Positions 54,901 to 64,000 of a stretch of DNA of 64,000 nt are shown here, one piece after another. How positions within the stretch are numbered: position 1 is the stretch's first letter; the number at the start of each line of letters is the position of its first letter. The stretch comes from Obrimoposthia wandeli (lineage: Eukaryota): contig CDROCS010002437.1 in assembly GCA_977020255.1 (NCBI GenBank), positions 186,001-250,000 of the forward strand, written 5' to 3'. The notes under the pieces are model-generated. The model was given only the letters and a program-made list of their open reading frames with translations. It made no database searches and was not told where the DNA came from. The position numbers and the translations under genes are program-made.

Positions 54901-56308
54901 TGTTTACAATCCTTGAAAAGTAAAACAGCTTTAATGCTTTGTTTGCTAACTGAAAATGAAGTTAAAATTTTAGATTTTTATTGTTTGATCGAATGTTTTA
55001 CTACATTTAAATTTTTGTTAATGGTTAAATTTAGTTACATGAGAGATTGTTGAATTTTTTGTCCAACTCTTTTGAAGAGAACAACTGAATTACATATTAT
55101 TGTTTATTATCGAAAATTAATATTTCATTCATGTAAAGCTTAACTTGATATAAAAAAGTTTCGAGAAGGTAACATGAAAATTTATTTTCCATGCATTTAT
55201 TTTTTACTTATTATATGGAATCACTGGATGTAAAATTTAGGAGCATGATTATTAACTTATATCTATTTTTTGCGCAATATGAATTAAATTAAATCACTCA
55301 GTTATTGCAGAATAGTATATTTATGAAGAATTTCAATAAATTATGCCAATATTCTCGTAATTATGACAGTTTAAAAAATGAATGTATTGTTATCTCCTTG
55401 TATACATTGTTCTTAAACAAGCAAAACATTTACAAAATTGATAATAAAAATCATTGATGCAGAATATCAAGTCATGTTTAAATTTGTAAATATTATAATT
55501 CTCTTTTCGCACTCAAAAAATATATATTACTCAAAAATGACTTGTGTCTGCTATTTTAAAATGAAGTTATTAAATGAATGAAAAATATAAAATATATTAT
55601 TTAAAAACATTGTTAATGCATATTTCTAGTATAACTGTTTATTTTAAAGTTAAATGTTAGATATTTGATTTTTCATGTGCATTGTTTGATTAAAAATAAG
55701 TCGAATAAATTCTGTACTGAATAAAACGAAATTAAACTCACATTTCACCACGAATATTTAGTTTCGGTTTCGAATTGAAAAATCGCTAGAAGTTCAACAA
55801 AATTCGACGGTTCTTTGTCCTACCTAAACAATTGTTACATCCACAATGATTTTAAGAACGATTTAATGAGGATTGACTCGACAAAAAGCGTTTAAGCGTT
55901 ACAGCAGATAATTCACTTCATTGGTTACAATTTCCGCCAATCATTGCGAAGATTCTCTCTGATGAATTGATAGTTGATCTTGACAATGTAAATCTGAAAT
56001 AAACGATGATATGTATAGCAAAAGAGCTAAAAACTTTTAAAGAATTTATGACTATAAATAATAATGCATAGGAAATTAATTGATTTATGTTTTTTCTCTC
56101 TATATAATGGAAAGAAATATATATTCAATAGTCAACTTGAAATTTTATTTATTTTGTTGTATTCAATTTTGATTAATTATTTCTTCAACTTTCTAGCGTA
56201 GTTAAGGGAAATTTATTAGATTTTTGTTAATTATTAATGGTAAATAATTAATTTGCTCACTTAATGACTAATTTATTTTACTTATTTTCCAAGATTTTCA
56301 ATACCTTT

Positions 56309-56376
56309 AGGCCTATATTGATTATAAAATTTAAATTATAGTAGGCCTATATTGATTATAAAATTTAAATTATAGT
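56309..56376. repeat. Perfect 34-bp tandem duplication near the left edge of the Polinton-like element
   Basis: AGGCCTATATTGATTATAAAATTTAAATTATAGT x2. Confidence 0.9.
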
Positions 56377-56899
56377 ACACAAATTCAATTTTACCACTCA
56401 TATCTTAAATTTAATAGTTACAAACTAGAAACTTAATGTTTCAATAAAGATATAATGAATGATGTTAAATTAACTGAGAATTTATACTTAATGTTATTAA
56501 AATTAATTGGAACTTCAATGTAATTCCAAATAATTAATATTATTACCTTTAATTTTATTTATATGAAATAATTAGAATAAAATATTTATTGGTATAACAT
56601 ATATTTATAATTGTAGATACTAATTGTTTCCACTCCAATTTCGTTTGACATTTTGACTATTTAAGAGTATGTATTTAAATATTTCTCAGTTTTAGAGGTA
56701 TTTAGTATATATGAATAAGAAATAATAATGACATAATTTAAAATATTTTATTAAAATTGTTGTGGTTTTCTACAAAAATCTTGTTCTAGAATCGTCATTT
56801 TGAGGCTCCTAAGGTGAGTTCTAAAGATACTGGACTTATGGGGTTATCGTGTTCATTTAAAACTGCAAATATTTGGGCTTTGTGATTGTGATGTGTTTA

Positions 56900-59118
56900 A
56901 TTTATCAGAAATATCTCCATAACTATTGTAGTGTATGTAGGGATAGTGTACAGTAGTACCAACAATATAGTGCTTAAAATGTCTATATTTTGTCATTTTT
57001 CAGACAGAATGTCGTTAAAAATGCCTTAAAATGTCTCAGAATCGCGCATACTAACTCAAGGCAATATGTTACCCCAAATCAATACTAAAATATCTTGATG
57101 TATACGGTGAACTTGGAAGATAACCAACCAATATTTCAAAACTAGTTGTTGTAAGAAGATATGAATCTAAAAATTTCAATGTTCCAGTTGATAATTCTAT
57201 TTTGAGAGCCATAAATCTTTCACTAGATTTGAGTATGATTGAATAACTTTTCCCTTTTAATTTTGCAAATTTTAAAATATGATGAATATCATAACCCATT
57301 AAGTTGTGAAAAAGTACTGGTAACATAGGTATATTACCGAATCTACGAGATAAATTACGTTTATTACATGCTGCACCCAAGAATACACCTGAAATATAAT
57401 CACGTACTTATTCTCTAGTGATTTTATAACAAAGGTAACATGCGACTCTCTCGAAAAGCTAACCGATTTTCATTTGTCATTATTAGTGGTGTATGCATAT
57501 TATTTCGCCAAAAAAGGTGCAACAATTTCATTAAGAATTTCCGTTAATTTATCAATAAAGTTGGTAGCACAATCTAAACCGAAATACGAAATGTATTCTA
57601 TTGTGTCAGTAACATTATTTTTCAACAACATTCCAACTGCAATGGGAGTATGTATATGTTTAACAGTCACATCAGGTTCTAAAATACTTTCAAAATCAGC
57701 GTAAACTACAAAAGAAGGTTGAACTGACTTTGACCAGTCTGTGAATTCACAATATTTATTATCAGACATAGTGAATATAGTTGTAGTATCAGTATTTAAA
57801 ATGCAATGGATTATATGTTTATCATAAGCAGCCCCAGTTCGAAAACCAAAAAGACGTTTCGGACACCAGTAAAGGCATAAACCATAACTATGACAATTAA
57901 ATAATCAATTTAAATTAGGTACACCACAATATTAATAAGTGTTACGGTCTTCTAACAAAAGTAAATTAGCAATTTTATTACAATCCCGTAGTTTTGTTCA
58001 GTAAATTATACTAACATCAGGATTTTTCAACACATCGTTAAACAGGTATTTACTTTTAATTTCAGAATACTTAAAAATTGTAATTGCTATTTGGTTATCA
58101 CGTTCAAATTGAGGTATTGAGGCTAAGGGCATAGGACCTGGCTGACATTTTAACTCATTTAAATATTGACCATAAGAAGATGATCAATCTCAATTTTGAA
58201 CTTCATTATGTTTTAACACGCTAAATATAGCATAGAGAAAACATTGATTATTGCCCTTTATTTATTAATTTAAGTGGTGTTGGTTTATATGAAGAACCCG
58301 AAACCCCGGATAATTTAGTTAATTTAAAGGAAATTTGTAATATTTTATAGATTGACCAACCACTACTCAATTCCGAGTACTTTTCAATACAATTATTTAA
58401 CTTATCAGTTCTAATAACAATAAAATCATCATCGAAAACTGCTGCCTTACAACTAATATGCCATGTTTTAAATTGGTTTTCTATGTTTAAAAATTGAGCT
58501 TGAATACCAAATTAGATTTACAAGGTCCAAATGCTTTAATTTTATTTCATAAATCATTTTCATATCATTATTTATAACCAGTTTCAGCATATTCTGATTA
58601 CATGTAGTATCAAAAATAAGATTATCTTGAAGTACTCCACCTATTTGAGTACTTGTTATTGCTTCAAGGTCTGCAGTTGCTACAAAATCATTATATAATT
58701 AATCAACAAATGGCTTTTCATGTGTATAAAGTAAATCATTAAAATCTAGAGATTCATTTAAATACTTATCCAATTCATCATCATCATTATTTAAAAATGT
58801 AGTGAAATCAAAATTAGGAGGAAATGTTGGACTATTAGGACGTGACCAACTATCAACAACTTTGAAATCAAAACTATTATCCAGATTATCTACTGGTATT
58901 ATATTACTAAATGTTTCTAGTTTTATAACTTTATTACTTCTTGAAAGTGATGATGATGATGATGGTGATGATTTATGTTTATAATTTGATTTCTTGGTAT
59001 TAAAGTAAGTTAAGTGATTTTTATGAATTGAATAAAAATCTAAATATTTTATGTTTGTGAACAATATATCACATGAGGGACATACGTACCCGTTTTGTAA
59101 CTTAAAATATTTTTTCAT
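56900..59118 (-). pseudogene. Polinton DNA polymerase B, N-terminal half (Zn finger, endonuclease VII-like, 3'-5' exonuclease)
   Basis: Motifs in order: CPSC..H, SGW..GSSY.P.P..N.CF, YADFESIL (ExoI), GAACNKRNL, FHNLMGYD (ExoII), KFLDSY. Several stops and frameshifts; palm motifs not seen. Confidence 0.85.
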
Positions 59119-59162
59119 TACATCATGACAATTTAAATCATGGCAATTATTAGTACAATAGA

Positions 59163-59350
59163 GTAGGTGGATGTGTCTGGTCTAATCCACCTCCCCCACC
59201 CAGGGGACTACCACTGTCATTTAAATCCGTGCATGTGTGTGGAGTGACGTTTTGTGCATGTGTGTAGTGTAATTTTAAAAAATTGAAAAAGCAACGAATG
59301 GAGGGGGGACTACCACTGTCCTTTAAAACCGTGCATCGGTGTGTAGTGAA
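59163..59350. promoter_or_regulatory. GC-rich noncoding control-like region: 8-bp hairpin plus two ~45-bp direct repeats
   Basis: AGGTGGAT/ATCCACCT stem (59165-72, 59185-92). GGGGACTACCACTGTC.TTTAAA.CCGTGCAT repeated at about 59203 and 59305, directly upstream of the polB start. Confidence 0.6.
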
Positions 59351-59571
59351 TTTTTTTGCATCCCGAAGGGGGGAAGGGGCGGGGCGGGTGTTCCCCTCAC
59401 ATTTGTTTTTAAATTTCACTTTTAAATTTCCCGCTAATCTCAAAAGTGATTAGAGAAGACCACGGGAATTCATATTGGTCCCGACGGCTTATCGCAGACG
59501 AGATTTCAAATAATATGTGAATATATTACTACCATTTTTAAGAAAGATTAATAAATTACTACATATCTTTG

Positions 59572-60054
59572 TTAAATATTTAGTTCAGATTTATAAGAGA
59601 AAAATAAGTCAGATCTATATAATTTAGAGGAGAAAAACAAAATATTAGTCAAAATTATTTTCAAAACTTCACTCAAAGTCCAAAGAGGCTGCATTTTCCC
59701 ATCATCAGCAAAATTTCCATTGAGACGTATTGATATATTCCATAGTTCTTCATCTAGAATTGGAGCAATCAAATATCCTAGATCATCTTTAAAAGCCAGT
59801 CGGGGATCAGTTTCAAGCTGGAAACAATTTCCTTCATATACATAATCAGGAATGTAAAATCCCAAAATATTTTTCAATTGATCAATATCAGATGTTGTTA
59901 AAATTTCGATGAGATATTTATTCTCCACTTTTGATATTTTCACAGGATTCATAACTCGTATAATTTGGTGCCTCTTTAATATATTACATAGTTTTTCTTT
60001 TGAAATTCTTTCTGGATAATACAAATTTCCTACATATCTCAGAAGAGGATCCAT
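59572..60054 (-). CDS. Polinton-borne hypothetical protein (160 aa)
   Basis: Open ORF starting MDPLLRYVG, protein-like composition, no recognised domain. Confidence 0.55.
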   Translation of the reverse strand: MDPLLRYVGNLYYPERISKEKLCNILKRHQIIRVMNPVKISKVENKYLIEILTTSDIDQLKNILGFYIPDYVYEGNCFQLETDPRLAFKDDLGYLIAPILDEELWNISIRLNGNFADDGKMQPLWTLSEVLKIILTNILFFSSKLYRSDLFFSYKSELNI

Positions 60055-60222
60055 TCTAAAATAAGGAAACTGATTACAAAAAACAACGTTTATAAAAAAA
60101 TACATATAAGATACAAATATTTAAAAAAATGAAACTGATTATTAATTGCAAAATGAAAGAAACATAGTAAAAATGAATAAAACCGATTACAATTTATTAA
60201 ATGCAAAATGAAAGAAAAAAAG

Positions 60223-60705
60223 TTAAAACATAGGAATATGGGCACGTTCAATTTTCCACATAGGCAACTTTGTTCCCATTTCATCTTTCTTGTAACCATA
60301 AAAACGAATTGTTACAGTCCATTGCTTCCTTTTCGGAAACACATCAACATATATTTATCTTCCATATTCATCTAGAAATGCTACATCGGCTCCTCGAATA
60401 TAAAATTCGTTCTTATTGAAAGTAAAATTTGGAACTGCCTTTTCAACTTTCGGTTTAAGATATTGAAAATCTGGTTTTTGAATATTTGATAGATAATAGT
60501 TGAACTTTCTTCTTTCAATTGTCACAGGATTTATTAAAGCAATCAGTTGAGCCTTCTTCAAGAATCTGACTTTGTATATGAAATATTGTTTCACTTCTTT
60601 ATACATATCCTTATCCAATTCTTCAAACATTTCTAAATCTTCATCGCCGCTTAATATCCGTTGGCTATCGTCCATCATTGAAAATTGTCTTTTATATGAA
60701 TGCAT
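60223..60705 (-). pseudogene. Polinton-borne ORF with a possible C-terminal PC4-like ssDNA-binding domain, one in-frame stop
   Basis: Frame continues past TAA (60357-55) as IYVDVFPKRKQWTVTIRFYGYKKDEMG..LP, resembling PC4 VSVxxFKGKxxVDIRExY..DGExKP. Confidence 0.4.
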
Positions 60706-60953
60706 TTATTGTGATTTGTCCTCCAATGGCGCATTCTTTTATACTAATTTCTAACAAAGACATGAATCTCGTTGGTTAATATAACTAAAGCATTGAATTT
60801 AATTGGACTAAATCCATATTAAAAATAAAATTGATTGGAAGAAATATATCATCCAATTATAATAGGTTTGCTAGATAATTACAAGAAACGTGCAATAAAA
60901 AGGCAGGTTCAGACATATATGAAGAAGATTTTATAGAATACAATTTTAGTCTA

Positions 60954-61456
60954 ATGAAACTTGTAAATATAAATTATAAAGGTAGAACAGAAGATGATGT
61001 TTCGTACTCACCATTCAATGAATGGAAACCGAGACAATATGTGGAAAAGTTTGATAATTTCACAGTTGTTATTTTTCCTACAGGTTAGTTTTTTTTATTT
61101 TATTTTCATATTGAATTCTTTTAGGAAGTTGTCGTGTTATGGGATGCAAAATACCAATGCTTGGGTTCAATTTACAATTTGGAATTCGAATCACTGCAAT
61201 ACAATCAATCACAATTTCGGCTAATCTTGTGAAACAAACAAATCTTTTTGAAATTGCAGAGAAAACGAAAGAAGAATGCATGTTTGAACCAGAAATATTT
61301 CCTGCTCTCAGTTATTTGAAGTTTAAACCGCTATGTGTAAATATATTTTTCAGTGGTAAAGTTATGATATTGGGATTGAAATTTTTTTATTATCCAGACA
61401 TTGTTGATTTGATTTTAGAAAATATATCTTATTACATCTTGTTATCTTTTCTATAA
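60954..61456 (+). CDS. TATA-box-binding protein-like (divergent, two repeats), 2 exons, 153 aa
   Basis: Exons 60954-61083 and 61125-61456 with a 41-nt GT..AG intron (phase 1). Repeat 1: LVNINY...VVIFPTGSCRVMGCK. Repeat 2: IQSITISANL...FEPEIFPALSY...VNIFFSGKVMILGLK, versus TBP YEPELFPGLIYR...LLIFVSGKVVLTGAK. Confidence 0.82.
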
Positions 61457-61484
61457 ACAAACCCGTTTAAACTTATTGTTTCAA

Positions 61485-61757
61485 ATGAATAATACTATAA
61501 ATAGAGACAATGAAGTGGATCGTCTTGTCGAGGAAATATTTTCTGGAAAAATTAGGGGTGAACAAATTTTATCAGAATTAAAAAATAATGATATAACAAG
61601 AGATAACATTGAAATATTGGTTAGATCACACGTTATTCGAGAATTTAGAAATCGAACACATATAAATAAAATTATAGCCAAATATTCATTAATTAATTTT
61701 TGTATTTCATCTACAATAGCTCTAAGATTGTACATTTCAATAAGAAAACTTCTATGA
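61485..61757 (+). CDS. Polinton-borne hypothetical protein (90 aa)
   Basis: Open ORF between the TBP-like and ATPase genes, same strand. Confidence 0.45.
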   Translation: MNNTINRDNEVDRLVEEIFSGKIRGEQILSELKNNDITRDNIEILVRSHVIREFRNRTHINKIIAKYSLINFCISSTIALRLYISIRKLL

Positions 61758-61794
61758 TAATATAAACAATACTAAAAAGGAAAGAGTATATGTA

Positions 61795-62430
61795 ATGGAG
61801 CTAAATAATAATGCTCTATTTCAAATAGTTGTCCCCAGTAGAAGTGGAAAGACACATTTCGTATGTAAATTGTTGGAAAATGAATCTCTTTGCAAATCTA
61901 GTTTCAAAAATATTTATTGGCAGTGGATATTTTAGTGGAGGAGGAGAAAGCGGATTAACCAAAACAGAAGTTTGCAAGTTGAAGGGAATAAAGTTTATTG
62001 AAGGATTTGATGCAAATTGGTGTGAAAGATTGAAAAAAGAAGATGTAATAATAATTGATGATTTGTATGAGGAGGCTAACAAGGAATCGAATTTTAATCA
62101 TTTATTTACAAAGATTGCAAGACATCGTGAAGTAACAGTTATATTTATCACTCAAAATCTTTTTCACACGGAGGTCACCATAGAACAAGAAATCTTAAAG
62201 TACATTACTTAGTTTTATTTAAAAATCCTAGAGATCAAACAGTTGTAGATTTTGTGGCCAGACAGGCATTTCCTCAAAATAAGAACTTTCTAGTTGATTC
62301 ATTCCACGATGCTGCTAAACAAGCACATGGGTATATATTTATTGACTTTACACAAGCTTGCCCAGATGATTTACGTGTTTTAATCGACATATTTAATTCT
62401 AAGGGAGTAACTGTTTATAAACAAATATAG
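61795..62430 (+). pseudogene. Polinton packaging ATPase (A32/FtsK-HerA-like), two frameshifts
   Basis: Walker A VVPSRSGKT, Walker B IIIDDL, LFTKIARHR..VIFITQNLF, HYLVLFKNPRD, GYIFID. Confidence 0.9.
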
Positions 62431-62455
62431 AACCATCATAAAAAATAAATGTGCA

Positions 62456-62551
62456 ATGCCATTTAAGAAGTTGATAGTGAAACGTAAACGTAAAGTAAAA
62501 TCTAAAAATCAAAAAAAAGAACCATTAAGGAAAAAGAGAAGAATAAATTAA
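62456..62551 (+). CDS. Very basic 31-aa peptide (possible core/DNA-condensing protein or a truncation)
   Basis: MPFKKLIVKRKRKVKSKNQKKEPLRKKRRIN; 16 of 31 residues are K/R; lies between the ATPase and pX-like genes. Confidence 0.3.
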   Translation: MPFKKLIVKRKRKVKSKNQKKEPLRKKRRIN

Positions 62552-62585
62552 TCAAATCTGTAGTTAGAAATAAAAAAAAACTTAA

Positions 62586-62984
62586 ATGGCTTCGAATATA
62601 AATAATATTCAAATTGAACTTTTTTTTAAAATGAAGAAAATACAAAGAAGCATTCCCTATTTTAAAGCTTTGGTCAAAGGCTCTTCTCATAAGAGAATGA
62701 TTATTCTTAAAGCATTTCCATCTTTTGTTGTAGATGACTTATTGGAGGTTTTGTATAATATAGTTTTGGGTCGAGTAAAAGTTTGAAATCGGAAAAATGT
62801 ATTAAAGAAATATAGAAAAACTCTTCTAGATATTGCTAATGTAAAAAGGAAAAAAAGAAAACGAAATATTATTCTTAAACAGAATGGTGGTTTCATTGGG
62901 GCTGTTATTTCAGTTGTTGCTTCAATTATCAGTAGTATTATAGCTGCGACACGTACACAAACAATTATTTCAAAAATCACCTAA
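62586..62984 (+). pseudogene. Polinton basic core-like protein with an adenovirus pX-like GGF-hydrophobic tail, one in-frame TGA
   Basis: ...VLYNIVLGRV*..LKKYRKTL..KRKKRKRNIILKQNGGFIGAVISVVASII. Confidence 0.6.
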
Positions 62985-63753
62985 AGATATGGGATATCGA
63001 TATATTTTAACATGTATTGATGTATTTAGCAGGTTTGTTCGTGCAATTCCAGTTAAAGCAAAGTTTTCAATAGTTATGCTTGAAGCCATTAAAGAAATAT
63101 TAAAAAAGGACATTTCACAAAATGTGCAAACGTATTTAGAAAAAGAATTTTATAATAAGCAAGTTCAATCATTATTTAAACAAAATAATATAAATCACTA
63201 CTCTGTGTTTTCGCAGTACAAAGCAGCAGTAGTAGAAAGCTTTAATCGTACTTTACAAAAGAAGGAAATAAAAATGGATCCAAGTTTTGCCTAAAATAAT
63301 ACATGCATATAATCACTCTGAACATAGAAGTCTCAAGGGAATGAGACCTGTTGATGTTACTAATAAAAACTCTATGGATATTTGAATAGACAGGAATAAA
63401 AAAGAAAATATTAAAAAAGCTAAATATAAGAAAAAAGAATATGTTCGATTTTCGAAAATGAGCTCTACTCCATTTATTAAAAACTTTGATCAGAATTGGA
63501 GCGATGAAATATTTTGTATAAGTAAAATTGATCAAAAGATTAATCCAATAATGTATACTATTAAAGATGCTGATAATAATATCGTTCACGATAAATTTTA
63601 CGAGCAAAAACTACAAGTAATATCAAATAAACCTACGTTTTCCGTATTCAAAAAATATTAAAATCTAAGGGTATCGGTATACATAAACAATACTTTGTTA
63701 AATGGCATGGTTATTCAGATCCAACTTGGACATCAGCATCTAATATATCATGA
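62944..63753 (+). pseudogene. Retroviral-type integrase with C-terminal chromodomain (Polinton INT), 5' deleted and frameshifted
   Basis: GYRYILTCIDVFSR, QTYLEKEF (second Asp appears mutated), KAAVVESFNRTL, YNHSEHRSLKGMRP, NWSDEIF, YFVKWHGYSD..W. Confidence 0.9.
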
Positions 63754-64000
63754 AGTCTATGTATATGGTTTTACCTGGTAACGGATGCCCGAAGACTCAA
63801 CCAGAAAGTGACGCTAGTAGCTTTATTATCGATTGGGAAAATCCTATATATCTCCAATGAGAATGAGAATCACCTTTAACCGAATTTTCTTTTTATTATT
63901 CTCCAATTACTATCAGAAAATCTCACATATTTCGTTTACAAAAGAAGTTAATCATGACAAAAACAACTGAAGTTATGATGGGGTTTGATAGTAAAGGAAA
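63750..64000 (+). pseudogene. Polinton minor capsid (penton-like) protein, 5' part, with in-frame stops
   Basis: MKSMYMVLPGN..P....SSF..W..PI.L..E*E..LTEFSF, resembling FYxTLPSNxS..FPxN..SxF..LPxxIxLxGxWEVxLxE. ATG overlaps the integrase TGA (ATGA). Confidence 0.7.

Larger units (their letters stand above)
56900..64000. mobile_element. Degraded endogenous Polinton/Maverick (adintovirus-like) element, extends past the window end
   Basis: Clustered pPolB, packaging ATPase, retroviral-type integrase with chromodomain, minor-capsid-like start and pX-like gene. TIRs not identified. Confidence 0.9.

Noticed and set aside
56300-56960. Left terminal inverted repeat of the Polinton-like element
   Set aside because: No AG/AGT-rich terminus or TSD identifiable, and the other end lies outside the window.
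63290-63870. In-frame TGA at positions where Trp is expected, suggesting a TGA=Trp genetic code
   Set aside because: The same genes also have TAA stops and frameshifts, and the host LRR gene ends in TGA; simple TGG-to-TGA decay explains it.
1-64000. rRNA, tRNA, CRISPR arrays or prokaryotic operons
   Set aside because: None recognised; spliceosomal introns and the transposon content indicate eukaryotic DNA.

Overview
AT-rich eukaryotic (invertebrate-metazoan-like) genomic DNA. It contains one convincing host gene, a 4-exon minus-strand LRR-Ig-transmembrane receptor/adhesion gene (CDS 12550-7853, about 622 aa). Much of the rest is decayed mobile DNA: Tc1/mariner-superfamily remnants, one young Tc3-like deletion derivative with perfect TIRs, pogo- and hAT-type MITEs, and weaker piggyBac, Chapaev-like, MULE and LINE fragments. 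The right end (about 56.9 kb to beyond 64 kb) is a degraded endogenous Polinton/Maverick (adintovirus-like) element. It carries a decayed protein-primed DNA polymerase B, a packaging ATPase, a pX-like core protein, a chromodomain integrase and the start of a minor capsid gene. The main finding is inside that element: an apparently intact, intron-containing TATA-binding-protein (TBP)-like gene lying head-to-head with a possible PC4-like gene, which could be a virus-borne transcription-initiation module. All protein family calls are by-eye motif recognition; no database search was run.
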